The notes: generated from the sequence alone by a model not told the origin. A DNA stretch of 32,000 bases from Archaeoglobus fulgidus DSM 4304 (GCF_000008665.1 NC_000917.1:120001-152000), one strand, 5' to 3'. Numbered from the stretch's first letter, positions 23,333 to 31,572 are shown. Program-made: numbers and translations.

Positions 23333-24503
23333 CGAAACCTGGAAGCTGATGGACGAGCTGAGGCAGAGATTTTACTTCAAGCGTGAGAGCGAGGAGGTTA
23401 GAGTGGAGGATGCTCTGGACAGGGAGCTGGCGGAGGATGTGTTCGCTGCCAAGGACATGCCGCCCTTCGACATCGCAACGATGGATGGCTATGCCTTGAA
23501 GCTTGAGGATGGTGTCAGGGAGTACAGAATAGTGGGAGAGGTTTACGCTGGAGAGGTTGAGGATAGATTCGTCAACAGAGGGGAGTGCGTTTACATCACC
23601 ACCGGGGCGAAGATGCCCGTCAATGCTGACACGGTTGTCAAGGTGGAGATTGCCGAGGTTGATGGCAGCAAGATGAGGATAAGGGAGAAAGTCAACAGGG
23701 GAAAGTATGTGCTGAAGAAGGGGAGTGAGGTGAAGAAGGGGGATTTGATTCTGCCGGCAAAAACCAGAATAGGCCCGCAGGAGATTGCTGCTTTAATCAG
23801 CGCTGGAGTTGAGAGGGTCAGGGTTTTCAGGAGGCTGAGGGCTGCGGTGTTCTCGAACGGGGATGAGATAAAGAAGGGGATAATTGCGGACTCCAACTCG
23901 GCAATGATTTCCGCCTTTTTGCGGAAGTTGGGCTGCGAGGTTCACTTTCTTGGTGTGGCTGGGGATGATGCGGAAGAAGTAAGGGAGATGGTTGAGAAGG
24001 GTGTGAGAGATTACGATGCTGTTCTTACAAGCGGCGGAGTTAGCGTTGGGGAGAAGGACTACGTGGTTAAGGCTCTGAAGGAGATGGGAGAGGTTCTGAT
24101 TTACAAGGTGAGGCAGAGGCCGGGAAAGCCGATGGTTGTGGCTGTTGTAAATGAAAAGCCCGTTTTTGCCTTGCCCGGAAAGCCTGCTGGCTGCTTTACA
24201 GCCATGCTGTCTCTGAGAAGGTTTTTCGCAGGGGATAAGCCCTTCCCGAAGGTTAGGGCAAGGATTGCGGGAGATGTAAAGCTCCCCACGAAGGGGTTCA
24301 GCTACTTCCTGTTTGTGAAGCTGAGGGACGGTTATGCAATTCCAGCGGGATTCAGGCACTCTCACGTTTCCATCATTCCGTATGAGAAGTATGAGGTGAG
24401 TCTGGTTTCAGCGATGGCGAGAAGTGCAGTTTCAGATGGGTTCGTTGTGACTGACAGGGATTTGAGGGCTGGAGAGGAGGTTGAGGTTTGTTTGTATGAT
24501 TGA
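23310..24503 (+). CDS. moeA: molybdopterin molybdenumtransferase MoeA
   Basis: PPFDIATMDGYAL, ITTGAKMP, SGGVSVGEKDY and PGKPAG are diagnostic MoeA blocks. I prefer ATG 23310, with GGTGA upstream, over GTG 23301. Confidence 0.9.
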   Translation: MRELTTIDETWKLMDELRQRFYFKRESEEVRVEDALDRELAEDVFAAKDMPPFDIATMDGYALKLEDGVREYRIVGEVYAGEVEDRFVNRGECVYITTGAKMPVNADTVVKVEIAEVDGSKMRIREKVNRGKYVLKKGSEVKKGDLILPAKTRIGPQEIAALISAGVERVRVFRRLRAAVFSNGDEIKKGIIADSNSAMISAFLRKLGCEVHFLGVAGDDAEEVREMVEKGVRDYDAVLTSGGVSVGEKDYVVKALKEMGEVLIYKVRQRPGKPMVVAVVNEKPVFALPGKPAGCFTAMLSLRRFFAGDKPFPKVRARIAGDVKLPTKGFSYFLFVKLRDGYAIPAGFRHSHVSIIPYEKYEVSLVSAMARSAVSDGFVVTDRDLRAGEEVEVCLYD

Positions 24504-24578
24504 GGATGTTTCCGTTAACCTTAGATTAAAAGCGGTAGAAATTTAAAAAGTAATGAAAAAACAAAAGTGGTGGTTAAA

Positions 24579-24743
24579 ATGACCAGCGAGAGAAAGAGAA
24601 AAAAGAGAATATACAATCCAGTTACCGGAAAGTATTATGCTGTAAGACAAAGGACTATCAGTTCAGGAAAAGCAGGGCAGATAAAGAGGTTGTGGAAACC
24701 ATCAAAAAAGAGAGAAAAGAAATCGATATGGGATTTACTGTAA
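24579..24743 (+). CDS. 54-aa Lys/Arg-rich protein, putative antitoxin partner of the PIN gene
   Basis: MTSERKRKKRIYNPVTGKYYAVRQRTISSGKAGQIKRLWKPSKKREKKSIWDLL. Its stop lies 1 nt before the PIN start. It is below the ORF-track cutoff. Confidence 0.5.
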   Translation: MTSERKRKKRIYNPVTGKYYAVRQRTISSGKAGQIKRLWKPSKKREKKSIWDLL

Positions 24744-24744
24744 T

Positions 24745-25202
24745 ATGAGAATTTTTCTTGATGCTAACGTTATAGCCGACTGGATACTGCTTAAGAACAA
24801 GAATCAGGACGCCAGCGATCCGCTACTTACGGAGCGATACAGGCATATGGCAGAATCTTTCAAGCTTGTCGAGGAAATTCTTAAATTGAAAGAAAAAGTT
24901 TCAGGAACATCACAGATGGCAATAGCAGAGGTTTTTGGTGTCATATATGACGATGCTATTAACATGAAGCTTTTCAGAGAGGCTGTCCCTGCTTCTTCAT
25001 GGTACTGGTTTTCGATAAGGGAGAGAAAAGCTCTTTCTGAGGACTCACAACAGCTGTTTTTAATGGAACCACACACTTCGCCACAAGGGATTTGAGATTG
25101 GTGGAGCTGGTAAAGAAAATCGATAAAGTAAAACTGAAAGTCCAGAATCCAAAATATGTACTGGACTATCTTAAAAGTTGGAATAGACGCAGGAGGAGAT
25201 AA
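24745..25202 (+). pseudogene. PIN-domain (VapC-like) nuclease, apparent frameshift near 25045-25065
   Basis: The N-terminus MRIFLDANVIADW is the first acidic PIN motif. After ...SEDSQQL the family-like C-terminus (THFATRDLRLVELVKKIDK...) continues in the -1 frame to TAA 25200-25202. A T5 run sits at the junction. Confidence 0.6.
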
Positions 25203-25252
25203 TTAACTCGTTTACGGAAAATTTTAAACACTCTCCATCCAAGATCCAAACC

Positions 25253-25804
25253 ATGAATATTTCCCCATCCCCGCTCACAGACACGGGAAAAGCCCTTCTG
25301 CGGTTAAACCTAATCGCAATTGCCCTCCTCTGGCTTTATCCACTGCTGACTTACAGCCAACTCCCTGAGACCGTCCCAACCCACTTTGGAGCTGGCGGCG
25401 AGCCAGACAGGTTTGGAAGCAGAGAGGAGCTTCTAATCCTGCCAGCAGTATTCAGCATTGCTCCAGCAATCATCCTGATCATCACGAAGCTCAGATTCAC
25501 CCTCATCAACCGCTACCCTCAATTCATAAATCTCCCCGCCTTCTACATGAACATAGGCAAAATCCGGGAAGAGAGGAGAAGTTACTGGGTCAACAGGTAC
25601 TTCGAACCCGTCCTTCTTTTATCCCTGATTCTCTCGGCAGGTTTTCTCGGGATGGAGTACGCCATCTTTCATGCAACCCTGAGCGGAGAACTGCCACTCC
25701 TTTTTTACATTATCCTGATTTTCGTTATAGCAGCACCTCTGTTCATCTTCTTCTTGTACCTCAGCATGATTTCCGCCCAGATGAGCAGGGAAATTGGCGA
25801 ATAA
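25253..25804 (+). CDS. DUF1648-type membrane protein
   Basis: 183 aa. LPETVPTHFGAGGEPDRFGSREE follows the first TM helix, and there are 4 TM helices in total. Confidence 0.75.
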   Translation: MNISPSPLTDTGKALLRLNLIAIALLWLYPLLTYSQLPETVPTHFGAGGEPDRFGSREELLILPAVFSIAPAIILIITKLRFTLINRYPQFINLPAFYMNIGKIREERRSYWVNRYFEPVLLLSLILSAGFLGMEYAIFHATLSGELPLLFYIILIFVIAAPLFIFFLYLSMISAQMSREIGE

Positions 25805-25813
25805 TTTATAAAT

Positions 25814-25859
25814 TTAACAGAGTTAAGGCAAAAGATTTATTAACTTAACAGTGTTAATT
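25814..25859. promoter_or_regulatory. two palindromic sites (TTAACAGAGTTAA at 25814-25826; TTAACAGTGTTAATT at 25845-25859) in the promoter of the sulfite-reductase-like gene
   Basis: Read directly. The centres are 31 bp apart, the sites are interleaved with AT-rich TATA-like boxes (25802-25815; 25831-25844), and the ATG is at 25865. Confidence 0.55.
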
Positions 25860-25864
25860 AACCT

Positions 25865-27175
25865 ATGGCAATTGAAGTCGAGCTTCACAAACTGCGGGAA
25901 TGGATGTGGAAATACTCCCTCGGCAGAGATGGGGGCAATAATTCTGATCACTTTCTTCGTATAAAAATTCCGGGCGGGATAATTTCACCGGATCGGCTGA
26001 GAGGTGTTGCTGAGCTATCAGATAAATATGGGAGAGGTTATGCTGAGATTACGACGAGGCAGGACATACAGCTTCACTGGATCGAGGCTGAGGATGCTCT
26101 GGAAATCTTCGCTGAGATGGAAAAGCTTGGCTTCACAACAGACCTGTGCAGTCAGGCTTTTGCCGAAACATGCCACGGTGATGTGAGAAACGCCGTCTGC
26201 TGCCCTCTGTCTGGGAAAAAGGGATACGATGCTTACTGGCTTGTTAGGGAGATTACGGATTTCTTCTCAGGCAACCCGGATTACGTCAGCCTTCCGCACA
26301 AGTTCAAGATTGGCATCTCTACTTGCGAGAGCAACTGCATAAGGGAGGAGGCGCAGGACTTGGCAATGCAGTGGAACGGCGAGGGGTTTGTACCGCTTGT
26401 TGGGGGAGGACTGGGGGCTTCGAAGCCCGGAGTCAGGAAGGCAAAGAGCTTGAGAATCGTTGTTTACGAGGAGGATGCCTTCGATTTTATAAGGACGGTC
26501 ATAGACATCTACAAAGACTTCAGAGCTGAGAGAAAAGCAGAGGCAAGGTTCAAGAACTTTTTTGAGACTGCTGGATGCGAGTGGCTGAGAAGAGAAATTG
26601 AGCTCAGAATGGGTGTTAAATTCGATTTAGCTGATGATTTCAACTGCAATCCGCCATCAGAGCACACTGAGGGCTTGCAGGATGATGGCAGCAACTACTA
26701 CACCCTTCCTGTGTTCGCAGGTATCCTCGACTCGGAAAGGCTGAGCTTCATTGCTGAGGTTGCTGAGGAGTTTGATGGAGGAATCAGGCTCACACCATGG
26801 CAGAACGTTGTTTTCACCGATATTGACGACTTGAAGGCTTTGAAAGAGAGGCTTTCCGAGCAGTTTGACCTCAGTGCTCCAAGAATGCACATCGCCTGTG
26901 CATCGAACTTCTGCGGTAAGACGCTGGTGCACGCAAAGGACGTTCTCAGGCACATTCCAGCGAGCGATAGATTTGTGGGGGTGAGCGGATGCAGCAACGC
27001 CTGTGCCTGCCATCCTCTTGCTGAAATCGGACTTTGTGGGAAGGTTAAAGCAGGAAAGCAGCTCTACGACGTCTTCATTCACGGCTGGAAGGAGGCGGAG
27101 AACCTGAGCGTTGAGGAGGCGGTTGAGCTCATTAAAAAACATCTTGGTGATGGATATGGAGCTAAAGCTGATTGA
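25865..27175 (+). CDS. nitrite/sulfite reductase-family siroheme-[4Fe-4S] hemoprotein (small monomeric type)
   Basis: 436 aa with a two-repeat NIR_SIR organisation. Blocks seen: ITTRQDIQLHW, STCESNC (CxxxC), IRLTPWQNVVF, ACASNFCGK, VSGCSNACACHP. Confidence 0.85.
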   Translation: MAIEVELHKLREWMWKYSLGRDGGNNSDHFLRIKIPGGIISPDRLRGVAELSDKYGRGYAEITTRQDIQLHWIEAEDALEIFAEMEKLGFTTDLCSQAFAETCHGDVRNAVCCPLSGKKGYDAYWLVREITDFFSGNPDYVSLPHKFKIGISTCESNCIREEAQDLAMQWNGEGFVPLVGGGLGASKPGVRKAKSLRIVVYEEDAFDFIRTVIDIYKDFRAERKAEARFKNFFETAGCEWLRREIELRMGVKFDLADDFNCNPPSEHTEGLQDDGSNYYTLPVFAGILDSERLSFIAEVAEEFDGGIRLTPWQNVVFTDIDDLKALKERLSEQFDLSAPRMHIACASNFCGKTLVHAKDVLRHIPASDRFVGVSGCSNACACHPLAEIGLCGKVKAGKQLYDVFIHGWKEAENLSVEEAVELIKKHLGDGYGAKAD

Positions 27176-27389
27176 AAGAGGAGATTTTCACGAGCTGGAC
27201 TGCAGGAACATGGTCTGCCCGTATCCAGTGATTATAACCAAGCTTGCAATGCAGAAGGTTGACAGGCTTGAGGTTTTGACGAACAATCCTCCATCTGTGA
27301 GGGACATTGAGAAGATTGCAGAAAAAGAGGGCTGGAGAGTGGAAAAGAGGAGGGATGGAGAGGTCTGGAGAATCAGGATTTGGCGGTGA
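27150..27389 (+). CDS. TusA/SirA-like sulfur-carrier protein
   Basis: I prefer start MDMELKLI at 27150, which overlaps the upstream gene by 26 nt. LDCRNMVCPYPVIITKLAM contains the conserved CP.P cysteine motif. Confidence 0.8.
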   Translation: MDMELKLIERGDFHELDCRNMVCPYPVIITKLAMQKVDRLEVLTNNPPSVRDIEKIAEKEGWRVEKRRDGEVWRIRIWR

Positions 27390-27497
27390 TCTTTTGAGGT
27401 CAATGGGTCTGTCCAGTATGGTGGTAGGCAGGGCACAGCTTCATTATACCTAAGTAATTAGATTCGCTGGAATCCGCACATAGAACTAAAATCTTCA

Positions 27498-27508
27498 TTT
27501 TTTAAAAA
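27498..27508. terminator. T6/A5 tract between convergent genes; candidate bidirectional oligo-T terminator
   Basis: CATTTTTTAAAAAT lies 14 nt beyond the ferredoxin stop (minus strand reads T5) and ~110 nt beyond the TusA stop. Archaeal terminators are typically oligo-T. Confidence 0.3.
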
Positions 27509-27521
27509 TAAATTTGAAAAA

Positions 27522-27704
27522 TCAATCCTCAAGTGAAATCGCCGAAGCGGGACAGCTCTCCATAGCCTCCTCGCAGCATTCAGCGCTGTCACAGCTACCG
27601 ATAACCTCGCTTATGCCCTCATCGTTAAGCCTGAAAACCTCAGGGCATATTTCCTCACACGTCCCGCAACCAATGCAGAGGTCTCTGTCCACAACGGCTT
27701 TCAT
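27522..27704 (-). CDS. small single-cluster ferredoxin
   Basis: 60 aa with CIGCGTCEEICP ... CP, the pattern of the Thermotoga/Pyrococcus type. There is a 4-nt overlap with the flavodiiron gene upstream. Confidence 0.85.
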   Translation of the reverse strand: MKAVVDRDLCIGCGTCEEICPEVFRLNDEGISEVIGSCDSAECCEEAMESCPASAISLED

Positions 27705-28830
27705 ACCTTCACCACCCCTGCAATTTTCTCAGCCAGCTTTCTTACCTTCTCAAGGTCTGAATCCGATGGCTTTGCCCTAACTTCAACAACCCCGAGAACT
27801 TCGAGGTTCAGAGAAGAAACTATCTCCTCAATCTGCTTCACAGCCCCTCCACCCCAGCCGAAAGAGCTCAGAACTGCTGCGTATCTGGCTGGTGGTCTCA
27901 GAGCCTTTACGAGGTTTGCAGCGAAGAGGGCGAGGGGGTGCATTCCTCCCAGCACAGTTGGAGTGCCGAGCACAATAGCTCTTGAGTCAACCAAGTCCTT
28001 CGCAATCTCGCCAATGTCCGCACTCGCTAAATTGTGAACGGCAACCTTCAAACCCTCCTTCATCAGCAGCTCAGTAAGCAGATTCACCATCCTCTCCGTC
28101 GAGCCCCACATGGTGGCGTAAACCACAAGCACCTTTTCCTCAGTTTCCCCTGCAGTCCATTTCTCGTATGCTGACAGGATTTTCTCGAGGTTTCTGTAAA
28201 TCGGCCCGTGGCTTGGGGCTATCATGTTTATTTTCAGGCCTTTTATTTTCTCCAGAGCCTTCTTTCCCATACTGCGGAAGGGCATCATTATCTCACCGAA
28301 GTATCTCTGGGCGTAGTAGAGAATCTCAGGCACCTCGTCATCGTAGAAGCCGTAAGCTGTGTGACAGCCAAAGAAATCACAGGGGAAGAGTATTCCATCC
28401 TCCACGAGATAGGTGAACATCGTTTCAGGCCAGTGAAGCCACGGAGCGTGGATGAAGCGGAGAGTTTTTTCGCCGAGGCTTATCTCCTCCCCATCCTCAA
28501 CAACCCTCACCCTGCTTTCAGGAACATCGTAGTAGAACTTCGCCATCTCAGCCCCCTTCTTCGTGGTCACCAGCAAAGCGTCGCTGCTTTCCATGATAAA
28601 GGGTATCGCCCCGGCGTGGTCGGGTTCGGCGTGGTTCATAACAACGTAATCAATTCTGTCAGCATACCTCTCAACGTTCCGCCTGAGCACGTCCTCAAAC
28701 CCCGGATTCACTCATCAACAATCAGGTAGCTGTTGTAGCTCGTTCCCTGCGGGAGGGGAATGAGCGAGTCAAAAATTCTGCGATTCCAGTCCTTCGCACC
28801 AACCCAGTAAACTTTTTCAGCAATCTCCAC
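27701..28830 (-). pseudogene. fprA: flavodiiron protein (metallo-beta-lactamase-like + flavodoxin domains) interrupted by a frame-breaking deletion
   Basis: ORF 28711-27701 has the diiron motif NHAEPDHAG, HAPWLHWPE and the flavodoxin part VVYATMWGSTE...FGWGGG. The family N-terminus [40 protein letters not shown] lies in another frame (GTG 28830 to TGA 28708). Confidence 0.8.
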
Positions 28831-28834
28831 ACTC

Positions 28835-29113
28835 TCACCCCCTTATTTTGTCAACAATCTTTCCAGCATCTGTAACAACCCACCTCTCTCCAACTCTCTC
28901 TATGCAGAAACCGGCTTCAAGGACTTTGAGGTGATAATCAAGCTGCTTTTTGCTCAGTGAAAGGGTCTGCATGATTTCCTCCTCACTTCTGCCTTTATCG
29001 AGCATTCTAAGAATTTTCCTCCTGACGGGATTGGTAACAGCGTAGTTATACCTTTTGTGATACTCATCAGCCTTTTCGAGGCTATCAGCCTTAATCCACT
29101 CCTCCAAGGACAT
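28835..29113 (-). CDS. ArsR-like winged-helix transcription regulator
   Basis: 92 aa. [48 protein letters not shown] is an HTH plus wing. Confidence 0.75.
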   Translation of the reverse strand: MSLEEWIKADSLEKADEYHKRYNYAVTNPVRRKILRMLDKGRSEEEIMQTLSLSKKQLDYHLKVLEAGFCIERVGERWVVTDAGKIVDKIRG

Positions 29114-29117
29114 AATC

Positions 29118-29579
29118 TCACCCCCTCAACTCTCTCAGCTTCCTCAGCATCTCTTCAAACTCCTCATCGCTCAGCTTTTTCAGCATCTTAGCCCTGCCAA
29201 GAGTGATTGTTTTTGCAAGAGTTTTCCTCAATACGGGATTTCGCAGAGGTGTGAAGCCGTAGGATGCGAGGATTTCTGTAGCCTCAGGATACCTCTCGAT
29301 GAGCCTTCCAACATTGGTGTTTTCATCAATCCTGAACTCCTCCTCCTCATCAGCCTTAAATTCAGCCCTTTTTGTGACTTTAAGCAGAATGAACCTGTCA
29401 CCCTTCTCAGCACTGCACTCTGCGTATTCGGAAAGGTGTGTGGTGATTGCCTCAACATCAGCATCCGAATCGAGCACGAACTGCACCTGCTCCCCAACCT
29501 CTACATTCTCAATCGCCTCAACAATTCCTCCGAGGGCTTCGGGCAGGGAAAGCCCCCTCAAATCAGATATTGCTACCAT
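29118..29579 (-). CDS. two-domain protein: TusA-like fold lacking the Cys + DUF1858 (ScdA/RIC N-terminal-like) domain
   Basis: 153 aa. DLRGLSLPEALGGIVEAIENVEVGEQVQFVLDSD has the TusA pattern with LP replacing CP. The C-terminus TNVGRLIERYPEATEILASYGF...TLAKTITLGRAKM matches DUF1858 as I remember it. Confidence 0.6.
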   Translation of the reverse strand: MVAISDLRGLSLPEALGGIVEAIENVEVGEQVQFVLDSDADVEAITTHLSEYAECSAEKGDRFILLKVTKRAEFKADEEEEFRIDENTNVGRLIERYPEATEILASYGFTPLRNPVLRKTLAKTITLGRAKMLKKLSDEEFEEMLRKLRELRG

Positions 29580-29595
29580 AACACTAATTCATCAT

Positions 29596-29614
29596 GAAAC
29601 TACAAATCAGTTTC
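29596..29614. repeat. inverted repeat GAAACT-N7-AGTTTC in the divergent promoter region
   Basis: Read directly. It lies between start codons 29579 (-) and 29663 (+). This is a candidate operator, with no proof of function. Confidence 0.3.
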
Positions 29615-29662
29615 CACTAAAATCTTCGGTGAAGCTTTGCGGGAAAATGGTAAAATAGTATC

Positions 29663-30967
29663 ATGTTAAATTCCATCATGGAAGACAAGAAGGAGTTGCT
29701 GAAAAGCCTTCTCAGGCAGATTCATGAAGGTAGGGATGTTTCAGAGCTGAAGGAGCAGTTTAAAGATGTGCTTGCCAGCATTTCACCCCTCGAAATCCCG
29801 CTTATTGAGCAGGAGCTCGTTAAGGAGGGTATTTCGACGAGGGAGATAGCGAAGATGTGTGACATACATGTTGAGCTCTTCAGGGAGAGCGTTGAGGGGG
29901 CTTTCAGCGTTGAAGATATTCCTGAAGGGCATCCGCTCCACACCCTCTTCATGGAAAACAGGGAGATAGTGAAGGATGCGGAAATGCTCGCGTTGCTTGC
30001 AAACACGCTGGAGAGGGAGATGAAGGGAGAAATTCTGGAGGAGATGGAAAGCGTTGTGGCAGAACTCATAAAGGTTGGCCACACTCACTACAACAGAGAG
30101 GAGATGCTCATTTTCCCCTACATCGAGAGGAGGGGGATTACTGCCATTCCAAACGTGTTGTGGTTCAAGCATGATGAGATAAGGGCTGCCCTGAGGGTTT
30201 TGCACAGACTTCTTACCACAGACACGGGAGAGAGGTGGGAGGAGCACATCAAAAGAGTTGTGGAGAAAGCGAGGGAGGTTTCATCGGCAATGCTGGATAT
30301 GGTTTTCAGGGAGAACAACATCTTCTACCCAACGCTAAAAGTTCTGCTCAGCGAGGGAGAGTGGAGGGCAATAAGGGAGCAGGAAGAGATAATAGGTTAC
30401 TACAAGCTCAAGCCAGCAGAATGGAAGAGCGATGCCAAGCCCGTGCATCCTTACGAGATAGACACTACCATAACCGCAGAGCAGCTTATCAGCCTGCCAG
30501 AAGAGGTGCAAAACTTGCTGAAGGGACAGCTCTTGAAGCCCGACAGTTATGAGGTAGTGAGGGAGGATGACTTAAGGCTTGATGAGGGATATCTCTCTCA
30601 GAGAGAAATTAACGCCATTTTCAAAGCTCTGCCCTTTGACATAACCTTCGTTGACAGCAATGACAGGGTCAGGTTTTTCTCAGGGAGCGACAGGATATTC
30701 GCAAGAACACCTTCCGTCATCGGGAGGAGAGTTCATTTATGCCACCCGCCGAGGAGCGTGCACATTGTTGATAAAATACTGAAGGCCTTCAGAAACGGGG
30801 AGAGGGATTTTGCTGAGTTCTGGATAAACATGGGTGGGAGAATTATACACATAAGATACTTCGCCGTGAGGGATGAGGGGGAGTACCTTGGCACGGTGGA
30901 GGTTGTTCAGGATGTGACGGAGATAAAAAGGCTTGAGGGCGAGAAGAGGCTGCTGGGGTGGAAGTAG
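29663..30967 (+). CDS. DUF438 / hemerythrin-like / PAS-type three-part sensor-like protein
   Basis: 434 aa. DUF438-like N-terminus (ELKEQFKDVLASISPLEIPLIEQELVKEGIS), a central hemerythrin-like His/Glu helices region (HTHYNREEMLIFPY...WFKHDEIR), and a C-terminal PAS-like ITFVDSNDRVRFFS...GRRVHLCHPP...VQDVTEIKRLE. Confidence 0.7.
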   Translation: MLNSIMEDKKELLKSLLRQIHEGRDVSELKEQFKDVLASISPLEIPLIEQELVKEGISTREIAKMCDIHVELFRESVEGAFSVEDIPEGHPLHTLFMENREIVKDAEMLALLANTLEREMKGEILEEMESVVAELIKVGHTHYNREEMLIFPYIERRGITAIPNVLWFKHDEIRAALRVLHRLLTTDTGERWEEHIKRVVEKAREVSSAMLDMVFRENNIFYPTLKVLLSEGEWRAIREQEEIIGYYKLKPAEWKSDAKPVHPYEIDTTITAEQLISLPEEVQNLLKGQLLKPDSYEVVREDDLRLDEGYLSQREINAIFKALPFDITFVDSNDRVRFFSGSDRIFARTPSVIGRRVHLCHPPRSVHIVDKILKAFRNGERDFAEFWINMGGRIIHIRYFAVRDEGEYLGTVEVVQDVTEIKRLEGEKRLLGWK

Positions 30968-30970
30968 AAG

Positions 30971-31527
30971 ATGAAAGAAAGAGTTCCTCCCGGTCAGAGG
31001 GTTTTTGACAAACTCCCGGTGCTGCAATACAGGGGCATCCCGCACATCGACATTGAGGAGTGGAGATTTAGGGTTTACGGGCTGGTTTCAAGGGAGCTTA
31101 CCTTTACCTACGAGGAGATGCTCGAACTCCCGCAGAAGGAGTTTAGGTGTGATGTTCACTGCGTAACGGGCTGGAGCAAGCTCGACTCCGTTTGGGAAGG
31201 TTTTGAAGCCTCTGAGATTATAAAGCTTTCAAAGCCCCTTGAAAACGCCCGATACGTGATGGTTCATTCAGCAGACGGCTACACAACCAACCTCTCCATA
31301 GAGGACTTCTCGAAGGGATTTTTCGCCATCAAAATGGATGGAAAGCCCTTATCTCTCGAGCACGGCTACCGCTCCGCTTGGTTGTGCCACACCTCTACTT
31401 CTGGAAGAGCGCCAAGTGGGTTACGGCAGTGGAGTTTATGGCGGAAGAGAGGCTGGGATTCTGGGAGAGCAGGGGTTACCATATCAGGGGTGACCCGTGG
31501 AAGGAGGAGAGGTACAGCAGGACCTAA
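30971..31527 (+). pseudogene. small sulfite-oxidase-family molybdopterin-binding domain protein (YedY/MsrP-like), single-base frameshift
   Basis: The N-terminal 133 aa include the Mo-ligand context DVHCVTGWS. After LEHGY the family C-terminus [49 protein letters not shown] is in the +1 frame and ends at TAA 31525-31527. Confidence 0.75.
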
Positions 31528-31572
31528 AATCTTAGGGAGAATCCTTATCCCCCCAAGTCTTAACTCACCTCC

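Noticed and set aside
23793-24365. 190-aa minus-strand ORF inside moeA. Similar antisense ORFs occur at 26657-27142 (inside the siroheme reductase) and 28208-28729 (opposite the flavodiiron gene)
   Set aside because: These are shadow ORFs of confidently identified genes with no independent support.
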